From contig JAIVFI010000010.1 in assembly GCA_025558095.1 (NCBI GenBank), positions 62,001 through 126,000 on the forward strand: a stretch of 64,000 nt of DNA, given 5' to 3'. This DNA comes from Hyaloraphidium curvatum SAG 235-1. Lineage: Eukaryota > Fungi > Monoblepharomycota. Positions 12,437 to 22,568 of the stretch are shown in pieces. Numbering within the stretch: the stretch's first letter is position 1; every line of letters begins with the position of its first letter. A program made the position numbers and the translations under genes. Under the pieces are notes generated by a model. The model was not told where the DNA came from. It did no database searches and worked only from the letters and a program-made list of their open reading frames with translations.

Positions 12437-13157
12437 TCTGTCTCCTCGCGGGCTCGTAAGCGTGAGTTTCGCAGTGAGAGCGCGAAATGAGTGCGTCGGA
12501 GCTTGAAGGGTGGAGTGTGGCGGTGGACGGAAAATGAGGATCGGAGGATCACCCGGTCAGGAAGAACCCCGTTTACGAGCTTGACTCATTCACCATGCCG
12601 CTATTACCGCCACACTTCGCTACCTGAGACAAGCTTGCAAAAGCACCAGCGGGCCACCGCCGGGGGATCGGCGGGCCACCATGCTGGATCCGCGGGGTAA
12701 TGTCGGGGCGTCTGATGGCGGTCTCCTCGGATCTGCGGACTACATCGGCAGGCGCGCCTCGCTTCGAATACCAACGTAATATGTGTTTGCAATACAAGGA
12801 AGCAAGTTCGCCAGTAGTGGGCTAGTGGTGTGGATTGCCTCGCTGTCTACATGCGTGTGACTTCTGGTATCATAGATATCAAGACGAGACCATCGATGAA
12901 GCGAGTCAGTTTGTGCGCTTGATCGTTGCTGTGGTTGAGCATATCGTGTGATTGAGATAGAGTTCATGGGAACTAATGATGGAGTCGGTCCAAAGAAAGA
13001 CCAAACGGAAGGGGAGTCTCATTCCCACCAACTTCTGCTGTATCAAGGAGCCGCAGCAATCAGGCGATGCGGCCTGGCTGTCCGACGTAGCAGCGGGGAG
13101 CCTGTGGCGGTCCAAACAAGGCGCGTCCAGCGTACGGTGAAAACACGGTGCAATACG

Positions 13158-13535
13158 TCAGGAACCCGTCGGTCCGGGGCAGCGACGACGTCTGCTCACC
13201 CTCTTCCAGACGAGGATCCTCTTGGCCTCGTAGCACCAGTGCTCCTTGTCCTTCTTCTCCTCCGAGGTGCACTCGTGCCCGGGCTCGTCCGGCCGCGGCA
13301 ACCTCGCCATGCCCACGTACCCATTGCAGGTCTCGTCGAGGTACCAATAGCACGAGTCCGAGTCCGGCCCGTCGCACATAACCCGCCGGCCCTCGCTCCG
13401 AACGAGGATGCTGCCCGTGTCGCGGCCGGACAGCGGGCAAGCCTGCACGCACTTCCAGTTGCTCCAGGCCAGGCCCGGGGACGCAAGGCCGAGGAAGAGG
13501 AGGGCGGCGAGAAGGAGTTGCGATGCGCGGAGCAT
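13158..13535 (-). CDS. Small secreted cysteine-rich protein
   Basis: Signal peptide MLRASQLLLAALLFLGLASPGLA followed by a Cys/Trp-patterned domain. Confidence 0.7.
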   Translation of the reverse strand: MLRASQLLLAALLFLGLASPGLAWSNWKCVQACPLSGRDTGSILVRSEGRRVMCDGPDSDSCYWYLDETCNGYVGMARLPRPDEPGHECTSEEKKDKEHWCYEAKRILVWKRVSRRRRCPGPTGS

Positions 13536-13652
13536 GGTGCGGAGCGGTTGATCGGCAATTGGGTCGGGGTGTTTGTTTGGCCGGTGTCGTCCCTGGCGGA
13601 GAGGCCGCGCTCAACAAGCCCACGCGAAGCGACCAAGTCCCGCCTTGACACA

Positions 13653-14155
13653 ATGCCTCTCTGGGCAGGAGTCTGCCGCGACGTCCACGGTGCGCGTCGC
13701 CGCGATGGACGCGTCGCCCGCCGCGGCACCTCCTGAACTCGCGTCCGTACCCAAGACTCGGGACCGAAGCGCGCGTCCGTCCGGCCCGCGCACATCAAGA
13801 GACTCCAGGACGACGGCAAAGAAGGGGGACCCCTGCTTTGGTGTCGGTTTTGCTCGTGCGGCGGAGTGGTGGCAGAAACTGAGGTGTCTCCCGCCCAGCC
13901 GGACCCATTTTGGACGAGAAGGATCCCAATGCCCCTCGCGGCTCGCTCTTCATCGTGGAAGCGAAAGACAAGGCGGCTGCAGAGGTGAGAGTTTGGTGCT
14001 CTGGTGGCCACTTCGAGCCTCACGGGGACCCCAAGGCCTGGGTCAAGGCCGACCCGTTCTGGGGCGCAGGGGCTTGGGCGTCCTTCGAGCTCTTTCCGGT
14101 CAGGGACTTTGCCGGGACCTACATCTCGGCGCTCAAGGCCAAGAACAAGCTGTAG
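13653..14155 (+). CDS. YciI/YCII-related dimeric alpha-beta barrel protein (3 introns)
   Basis: Spliced product MPLWAGVCRD..KRASVRPAH..GPILDE..GSLFIVEA..WVKADPFW matches the YciI pattern; ends NKL. Confidence 0.75.
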
Positions 14156-14442
14156 GCCGAGAAGAGCGGACCCCCGAGTGATCGTGCGCGAGACACACAC
14201 TCGGCCAGCGGCCAATACACTGCACGAATTGAATGTACGCCTAGATGCATTTCAATCCCGAGGGCTATTTGGGAAGGCCGCAACGGGCCTAGTGTTCAGG
14301 GTCGAGGGACGTCGTCGGGGGTCGGTCTTCGTGGCGCTGCGGCGGCGCGTCCCTCGTTTCCTGAAATCCACAGGGACACCCTCTTGGCGGTCTTCCCTGT
14401 GGCGCCCGCCATCTCATCACGCCCTACTCCGCCGCCGCCAGC

Positions 14443-15838
14443 ATGCTGCGCCGGGCCGCCGCCGCCGCGGCCCTCCTGCTCGCCGTCCACGCCACCGCCG
14501 CTGCGCCGCTCGACCTCGCTGCGCCCGCCGTCGAGCGCGCACCCATAATCCCCGACAACTGCATCAAGTCGGCCGCCGAATTCGTGCAGGCCTTTGCCGC
14601 ATGCAAGCCCATCGCCTGCGTGTCGCCCTGCCTGTTTGTGAACCTCCAGACCGGGGCGTGCGGGAACTCGTCCACAGCCAATGGCGGTTATAGGCCCACC
14701 TTGGCCAACACTCGGCGCGTCTACTCGTTCATTTCCGGCGCCGACGGGCTCGAGCGCTACGCGAGGTTCCAGGCCACCGGCGCCTGCAACAAGTTCGACG
14801 CTGTGGCCGACATGCTGCGCTGGGTCGGATTCCCGGACGTGAGCGGCACAACGGGGGCCTTTTGCGTCTTTCCTGACCCGATTGTCCGCAGTCCTTCATC
14901 AACCCGACGTGCTCCTACCGCCTTGCCGTGTTCGAGGGCCGTCTCGCGGGCTCTGCCCCGGGGTCGTGCGACGTGTACTCCTCGCGCCAGGGTGCAATCT
15001 GGGAGCCCACTTGTGAGGCCATCCGCTCGTCGTCGATGTTTGCTGCTGACCCACCGCCGTGCTTCTCAGGGGTCCAGATGGCCGGCCGCCTCCGCGACAC
15101 CTTCGACCTGCACCTAAGCTTCGAGGTCATCAAGGAGCTCACCCTCAACAACCTGGATTGGTCCGCCTCGACGGGCTGCGGCACCCGCGAGAACATCTTC
15201 TGCGGCTCGAAGGACCCCGGCATGCAGACCTGCTCGCCGGCTTTCCTGTCGGCGCTGGACACGGTCTGCCCGGCGTACTCCGCGGGCGGCACGAGGAACT
15301 GCACTGCGGCGTTCAAGGCCCGGTACGGCGGGGACGGGTCCTCGGCGCCCGTGCAGGCGGCGAGGGCGATGCTGGCGGAGTGCTTCGGCGCCAACTCGTA
15401 CTTTTCCGGATGGGTGGGTAGCCCTTTCTGCCCGCACCTGCAGAGAGTCTGTATGCTAACGGCCTTGCCCCGCAGGGATTCGGCTGGAACCCCAAGCTCG
15501 GCTGGACCAGCGCCGAGTACCTGGTGGACAACCTGACCCCCGAGGATCTCGGCGCCTCCTTCGTCGACCTCTCGTTCGGCCGCGCCAACCGGTTCCGCTG
15601 CGTCCCCGGGGTCGCCACCCCCGTCCGCCTCGCCGCCTCGGGCGACCCGGAGTGCCTCAGCACCGACGGCAAGAACTGCGTGTGGGGCCAATCCGCTGTC
15701 GACTGCCTCGCGCTGGCGACGACGACCAACCCGGACGTGGCCAAGGCCCTGCGGTGCGGGGCGCAGTACCAGGAGGTGTGGGGGAACGACGGGTACGGGC
15801 CGGATGGATGGTGCTCCAAGGCCAAGGCTGCTCTCTGA
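14443..15838 (+). CDS. Secreted cysteine-rich protein with a C-terminal CVPG..PVR..GDxEC..C.W..CG..WG..GY..WC module, multi-exon
   Basis: Signal peptide; successive ORFs joined by GT-AG introns near 14850-14891, 15000-15070 and 15412-15475. Confidence 0.7.
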
Positions 15839-16002
15839 AACAGAATCCCGCTTCCGCGTTGATGTACTGTACCATATGATGCCCACGCCCAAACCGTGTG
15901 CGGGCGTGCTCCGCGAGGTGCCGAAGTTTTCCCGCTCGCTCGCGTCTCCCCACACAAAGAACCTCTGCCTCCCGCATTTCCGCCCAAATCCTTGCAGCAG
16001 CC

Positions 16003-16520
16003 ATGCCGCTCGCCGCCAACATCTCTTCCGGCCTCGGTAAGCGCGCCGTTCCGTGCCCGGGGGGACCCCGGCCGACCCGCGTTTCCGCCGATGCTCCGCA
16101 GGCGCCGTCGCCCTCGCCAACGGCTGCATCCTGGCTTTCTCCCCGCGGACGTACATAAAGATGCAGGAGGGAGGGGCGAACACGGCCGAGGACAGGGCGC
16201 AGCTCGAGAAGTTCGACTCGCCGGCGGGGAGGACGCTCGGGTGCCTCTTCGTCGGGCTGTCCTATTATTACCTACGCGCCGGTTCGGCTGTCGTCTAGTC
16301 AGTCGCGCGATGGACTGACCCCTGGCGCTCAGGTTACGTCAACGACACGCAGTTCCAGCGCGCCAGCGTCGTCGGCCGGGCCATCTTCGACACGTTGCTG
16401 CTGCTCAACGTGTTCCAGGGCAACCTGCCCAAGTCGACGGCATCGGCGGCGGTTATTGAGCTGCTCGTCACGGCATGGCAGTACTGGGCTCTGAAGCGGG
16501 ACGGGAACTGGTCGTTCTAG
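16003..16520 (+). CDS. Small four-TM membrane protein (2 introns)
   Basis: ATG 16003; GTAAGC..CCGCAG intron; spliced product ..RTLGCLFVGLSYYYLRAG|YVNDTQFQRASVVGR..WQYWALKRDGNWSF*. Confidence 0.7.
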
Positions 16521-16573
16521 GGGAGGAGCATATCGCCCAAGTTGTCTATGTCGCTCGGGAAGACAATGAACGA

Positions 16574-18028
16574 CTAGACGTCGCCCGCAGCGAAGCTCCG
16601 GATCAGCCTGCGGAACGAGGGGGGTCAGACGATCGAGCCAAGGGCCCCGGACAGCGTTTACCTGTTGGCGATGGCCCACGGCCTGCCGACGACGAGCTCC
16701 GCGTCGGTCGTAAAGTCCGGGTTCATCTTCGCCTCGAGGGCCACCTTGATCTCGGCCTTGGTGAACCACCTCGCGTCCGCCAGCTCCTCCTCCTCCGGGT
16801 TCCAGTCCCCCTTCTCGTCCACGTAGCCGATGCAGCCGATCATCAGGGAGGTGGGGAAGGGCCAGCACTGCGAGCTGTGGTAGACCACGCGCTTGACGTG
16901 GAGGCCCGTCTCCTCGCGGACCTCGCGGCGGACGCAGTCCTCGATGGATTCGCCGGGCTCGCCGAAGCCTGCGATGCAGGAGCTGTGGGACATCGCGGAC
17001 GACGCGTTGTTCAGCCAGGATCGTGGCCGCCTCTCGCCCCGTGACCCACTAGAACTTGGCCGGCCACCCTTTGTTCCTCCCCAGCATGATGTGATCCTTG
17101 TCCGGGCTGATGATGCCGACGATGATCGTTGGGTCCGTGCGCGGGAACTGGAAGTTCTGGATGATCTTCTCGCTCCCGATGCACGGCGCGTCGGGCGCCA
17201 GCGACTCGGGGAACGAGGCCGGGTGCGGCGGGGGGCACATGCGCTTCCACCCGGCGTTGAGGGATTGGGTGCGCCGGCCGCAGCCGGCGCAGAACTGCGT
17301 GCGGAGGTTCCAGTCGAGCATGCTGCGCGCGGAAGCCAGCTGGACGCCGGGCAGGGGTGAGAAAGGGACGGGCAATCCCGCCACCATCCAACGCACCATT
17401 GCGGCGTCTCGGTAGGAGAGGTCGAACCCGTACGGCGCCCCCGGCCTGAAGGGCGGGAACGTCCACCCCTTGGTCTCCTTCAGCTTGGCCACGAACGCGT
17501 CCGTCCTCTTCTTCTCCTCCGCCATCTCCCCCGCCGGCGTCGACCGCGGCGGCAGCAGCTCGATGGCCACGTAGGCCCTTCCGTGGTGCCGGTGGTGCTC
17601 CGTCTCGGCCTCGGTGGGCGTCTGCTTCTTTGCCGGCGCCTCGGGGGTCACGTCGTCGTCCACCTGGTCCTCCTCGTCCAGGCCCATCATGACCCATTGG
17701 CGCTTGGCGTTCTCGGGGTCCACGAACTCGGCCACGTCGGCGTAGGTGAGGAAGCCGAGCTTGGGCGCGTCGCCGAGCTCGGACATGACCGGGGAGAGCA
17801 TGTGGAAGGGGAGGTAGCGCGTCGACGGGTGCTTCAGCAGCGACGAGACGTATTCCGGCGAGGTACGCTTGTGCGAGATGCTTGATTGTGCCGCGAATCG
17901 GGGCGGGAACCGCGGTTCAGGGGAGGGAGGCACGGCCGCCTCGGAGCGGCCCACCGGTGCAGCGGCATCCCGTTGAAGTAGTTCTGGACCTCCTGGCGGC
18001 CGGGAGCGGACGCCGCCGTGTCCGCCAT
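16574..18028 (-). CDS. NPY1: NAD(H) diphosphatase, NudC/NUDT12 family, multi-exon
   Basis: FCAGCG zinc ribbon, FPRTDP, Nudix box GFGEPGESIEDCVRREVREETGL, SQCWPFPTSLM signature. Confidence 0.9.
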
Positions 18029-18671
18029 CGCGTTGCCGGGTGCGATTCGGGCGGCGGAGGCGGGTGGGAGACGCGGTTTGGCGAGTCGGGCCGAGGATCG
18101 GTGCGGCGGCGGCAGCGGGAATTATATGTCGCCCGCCCGCTAGATCGCACTTCGCCAGCTGGACGATCGGCTGATGGCATGACGCAGGCGATGCAGCAAG
18201 TCAATCGATGGTTGCCTTGAGTGGCAGAGCTCTCCGCATCCCTCGTCCGTGCACTGCGCCGGTCCCGATCGCCTTCGCCGATCCGGTTCGGCCGCAGAAC
18301 ATGTGTGGGCCATTGCCGGCCCCGATGCGACGGGACCTGATGGAAATCAGTCCATTTCAACAGCATTGCTCGACGTCGAGCCGGGCTGGACGTGATTTGG
18401 GGTTCCCAGCGCCGAACAACGACGGGACCACGAGGCGCCCCCGCAGCCACCCCGACGCGGAGCTGGCATCGCGCGACGGCGCTCGTCGAAGCAGCGCTTT
18501 GTTGTAGCATTTGCACGACGGAGCACACCGCCGCGTCAGCCTTGGAACGGTACGATCGGCCCGTCCGGAGGGCGCGTTTTGCCTCTCCCCACCGACGCGT
18601 TTCCCGTCGACCAATCCTCCGCGCCACCCCCGCGTAACCCCTCCATCCCTCGATCCCCGCCCCTCCGTTCC

Positions 18672-19621
18672 ATGGACCCGGACACGCCCCCCTCCGTCCT
18701 CCCGCCCACGGCCAAGCACTCCGCCACCGCCGTCTTCCTCCACGGCTACGGCGACGGCGCGCGCGGCACCGGCTGGGCGGACCTGTTCGACGCGGCGGCG
18801 GACGGGGCGCCGTGGGTGCGGTGGGTGTTTCCCCACGCGCGGGTCGGGCAAGATGGGAAGGTGGGAGGCGCACGGGGTTGGAGACATGGGCGGGGTTCTG
18901 ACGGGAAGCATTCCGGGGGGCAGCCTTCGTGGTACGGCTTCGAGCCGACGGACGGCGGGAAAGCGGAGCGGAGGGAGGACGAGGGGAGCCTGATGCGGGC
19001 CGTGGACGGGCGTATGTGGACCTTGCCGCGACAAGGACGGGGGCACAGATACTGACGCGTGCTCCTGCTCCCCACTCCAAGTCGACGACCTCCTGCGATC
19101 CGAATCGCGCAAGCACGGTCCCGGGCGCGTGGTGCTGGGCGGCTTCTCGCAGGGCGCGGCGGTGGCGCTAATGGCCGCGGTGGCGGCAAAGGGGGAGGCC
19201 GAGGGCGGGCTGGGGGCCGTGGCGGGGGTGTTTGCCGTGGGTGCAGGATGCCAGAGGGGTGGAGACCGGCTGCTGACCATTGCTCTTCGTTGCAGATGGG
19301 AGGGTTCGTGCCCCTCAAGTCACGGTTGCCAGAGGTCCGGCCCCCACCTCGCGCCGCGGGCATCCATCGTCTCACTCGCAACGCCCCTCCCTGCAGCTCC
19401 TCCACCCTACCAACCCCAACCTCCGCACCCCCATCCTCTTCCTGCACGGCCTCGACGACGCCGCCGTCCCCCCCGCCCGCGCGGAAGCCAACGCGGACCT
19501 TCTCCGGACTGCGGGGTTCGCGGACGTGCGGTTCAAAGGCTACCCGGGGCTGGGGCATACGGCGAATGCGGAGGAGATCGGGGATGCGGTGGGGTTCGTG
19601 GTCAGGTGCTTGCCGCGGTGA
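18672..19621 (+). CDS. Acyl-protein thioesterase / lysophospholipase-like hydrolase, multi-exon
   Basis: FLHGYGD, WVFPHA, GGFSQG nucleophile elbow, HGLDDAAVP, YPGLGH. Confidence 0.85.
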
Positions 19622-19752
19622 TGGGTTTGGGGGGCGGCGCGCGTGGACGCGGGACGGGCGGCGCCGCTGGATCGTGTTGTTTCCGCTCCGAGCCTGGCAA
19701 AGTCATCAACCACCATCCCGCCGATGGATCCCAAGACGGCTTTCCCATGCCC

Positions 19753-20715
19753 TCAAGCCCCGAACAGCGACCCCCACGCCTCCGCGGCCCGTGCCTCCAC
19801 CCCCACGGCGTACCTCGGCAGCGGCCTCCTCCCCTGGAGCGCGTGCATCGCCGCCGCCGTCACGTCCCTCGGATCCACGGCCGGCCACCTGCCCTCCTGC
19901 CGGGCAACGGGCCCGGGGAGCGAGCCCCTGCGGCGGATCTTGAGCCTGCCGTGGACCACGGCGATGCCGCGGATGCCTGGCGGGGAGAGGATGGCGGGGA
20001 GGGAGGAGGAGAGTGCGCGGGCGGGGGGGGAGGCGGGGAGGGGGAGCACGGCGACGGCGCGGCCCGCGGGGAGGGGGAGCAGGGCGAGGAGGTCGCCTGC
20101 TTCCTGGAGGGCGGCGGCGACGGGTGCGTCCGGGGGCGGCGAGACGACGAGGGCGAGGAGGGGCGCCGGTTGTGCGCCCAGCGAGCCCGACAGCGCCGCC
20201 CGAGCGGCGGCGGCGGTCTCGGACCAGTCGGCGCCCCTCGGCTCGGGCAGGAACCGCAGGTTGGGGGCGTGGTTGCCGGCCAGCGCCGCCAGCCGCCGCT
20301 CGTAGGGCGCCGAGGCGGGCACCAGCACGGTGCGGTCCTCGCACAGCGCGAGCACGAGGTCCTCGAGCGGGAGCGGGTGTGCGACGAGGACGGCGGCGCC
20401 GGGCGACAGCGGCGGGGCATACGGTGTTTTGGGCATGCCGACCAGCGGGGCCAGGAGGTCGAATGCGTCGCAGAAGATGGCGTACGAGGTCCGCTCGCAG
20501 GCGTCGGCGGCCTTGAGCAGGTCCGCGAAGGTCGGCGGGCGCGGCAGCCGCGGGCCGAGCAAGGTCCCCGCGATCCGCGCCAGCAGCGCCCACGGCAGCA
20601 GCAGCACGTAGACGGCGAAGGAGAGCAGCGAGGCGGCGGCCGACAGCGGCGACGCGGCACCGGCCGGCGGTGACTGTGCGCCCGTCGCGCGGCCCTTGCC
20701 CGGGCTGCCAGCCAT
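19753..20715 (-). CDS. Hypothetical membrane-anchored protein, possibly a degenerate SDR fold
   Basis: N-terminal TM helix; C-terminal DVTAAAMHALQGRRPLPRYAVGVEA resembles the SDR tail at ~61040. Confidence 0.5.
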   Translation of the reverse strand: MAGSPGKGRATGAQSPPAGAASPLSAAASLLSFAVYVLLLPWALLARIAGTLLGPRLPRPPTFADLLKAADACERTSYAIFCDAFDLLAPLVGMPKTPYAPPLSPGAAVLVAHPLPLEDLVLALCEDRTVLVPASAPYERRLAALAGNHAPNLRFLPEPRGADWSETAAAARAALSGSLGAQPAPLLALVVSPPPDAPVAAALQEAGDLLALLPLPAGRAVAVLPLPASPPARALSSSLPAILSPPGIRGIAVVHGRLKIRRRGSLPGPVARQEGRWPAVDPRDVTAAAMHALQGRRPLPRYAVGVEARAAEAWGSLFGA

Positions 20716-21252
20716 CGCGGCGGCGGGCGGCGGAGGGATGCGATGACCCGAGTGCGGCGGCGGGCAATCTCCGCGGGCGGCGCAGGGGTGGGCCGGTGGC
20801 GGGGTGATTCGGCGCGGCACTCACGGAGGATCGTCGGGCCGTTCCGCACGGTCCGCGTCGGCTGCGGGCGACAGACGCAAAGAACTGGACGGGCTCTGGA
20901 CGCCGATGGCGGACGGCTGACGCGGCTGCGCCTCTTTGCCGTGCTTGGAGAGCCGAGCTTGTGCCGAGGCGGCCCCGGGAGGACCGAGAGCTCCCGGCCC
21001 GTTTCCCCTATCTGCGGCCAGCTCAGCGCGCTCCGTGCCCCGGCAAGAGACCGTGCAGGCCATTGCTAGGCATTCGGAGCAGTCCCGCAAAGGATCCTTT
21101 AAAGGAGGACTCCTTTTGGTGGCACCCGCTCCCCGCTCCCCGCCATCTGTCGCCAGCTGTCTACCGGTGCTGCCCCAGAAACAGAAAAGCAAATCACTCC
21201 CGGGCTACCTAAGCACTCATCTGGAAAACTCTTTTGGAGCGGACAGCCGGCG

Positions 21253-22428
21253 ATGGCAGCCACGACGGCCGCCGCCCCCGCCCCCCCGATCCCCGCCTCC
21301 CGCCATTCCTTCCTCCGCCGTCTTCTCACCTCGCACCCCGACCTGATCCACACCCTCTCCGGCGCCGCCGCCGGCGTCGCCTCCTCCCTCGTCACCAACC
21401 CCCTGGAGGTCGTCAAGATCCGCCTGCAGAACCGCTCCACGGGCGGCCCCCCGCCCTCGACCTGGGCCGCCCTCCGCGCCATCCTGGCCGCCGAGGGCAT
21501 CCGCGGGCTGTACCGCGGCTTCCCGCAGACGCTGATGGGCTACCTGCCCACGTGGGCCATCTACTTCTCCGCCTACGAGAGGTACAAGGACGCCTTTGCC
21601 GGCCTGTCGGGCCGCCCGCGCGACTCTTCCCCCGTGCACATCGCCGCCGCCGGCGCCGCGGGCGCGACCAACACCGTCGTGACCAACCCCATCTGGGTGC
21701 TCCGCACGCGCTTCATCGTGCAGTCCGCCGCCGCCCTCGGCTCGGGCCCCACACCCTACAGGTACACCTCGACGCTCGACGCCGTGCGGACCATCTGGCG
21801 CGACGAAGGCCCCGCGGCGTTCTACAAGGGCCTTGGCGCGTCGCTGCTGGGCACGCTGCACGTGGTGGTCATGTTCCCGCTGTACGAGCGGCTCCGCCGG
21901 ACCTTTGGCGCGGCGATGGGCGGCAGGCCGGGGGAAAAGGACCCCGCCGCCGCCGTGCTCGCCGCCTCGGCCCTGTCCAAGATGCTCGCGTCGGCCGTGA
22001 CCTACCCGCACGAGGTCGTCCGCACGCGGCTGCACACGCACGTGGCTTCCCCGCCCCCGGTGTCGGCGCCGGCGCCCGCGAGGTTCGACACGCTGGCGGT
22101 GTGGGGCGTCGCGCCGCGGTACGTCGGCGCCGTCGGCCTGCCGCACCCCTCGGGCGGCGCGCCGGAGCTCGTCCCGCGGTCGCCGGGGCTGCACCTCCCG
22201 CCGGAGCAGCCGCACCCCCAGCCCTTGCCCAAACCCCCCCCGGCGCACCAGGCGGGCAAGCTGACCATCCGCGCGCTGCTCGCGCAGATCCTGCACGACG
22301 AGGGGTGGAGGGGGCTGTACAGGGGGTTCGGGACCAACCTCGTCAAGACGGTGCCGGCGACGATGGTGACGATGCTGACGTACGAGGGGTGCCGCGCGTG
22401 GTTCGAGGGGGTGGTCAGGGGCGATTGA
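21253..22428 (+). CDS. Mitochondrial carrier (SLC25), NAD+/FAD/folate subfamily, intronless
   Basis: Three Px[DEW]xx[KR]xR motifs: PLEVVKIR, PIWVLRTR, PHEVVRTR; EGIRGLYRG. Confidence 0.9.
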   Translation: MAATTAAAPAPPIPASRHSFLRRLLTSHPDLIHTLSGAAAGVASSLVTNPLEVVKIRLQNRSTGGPPPSTWAALRAILAAEGIRGLYRGFPQTLMGYLPTWAIYFSAYERYKDAFAGLSGRPRDSSPVHIAAAGAAGATNTVVTNPIWVLRTRFIVQSAAALGSGPTPYRYTSTLDAVRTIWRDEGPAAFYKGLGASLLGTLHVVVMFPLYERLRRTFGAAMGGRPGEKDPAAAVLAASALSKMLASAVTYPHEVVRTRLHTHVASPPPVSAPAPARFDTLAVWGVAPRYVGAVGLPHPSGGAPELVPRSPGLHLPPEQPHPQPLPKPPPAHQAGKLTIRALLAQILHDEGWRGLYRGFGTNLVKTVPATMVTMLTYEGCRAWFEGVVRGD

Positions 22429-22568
22429 GGGCAGGGGCGTCAGAGGAGGGAGGGTTCCCGGGCAGCGAGGGAGGTGTGCTCGTACACGGTCGCATGCATC
22501 GATAGATTGCGTCTCTTTCGGACCTCCCGTCCCGCATCCCGCCCCTCGGCGCGCGAAGCCGGTCCCCG

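Noticed and set aside
12888-12905. 5.8S rRNA-like CATCGATGAAG
   Set aside because: Only an 11-nt match; flanks do not resemble rRNA
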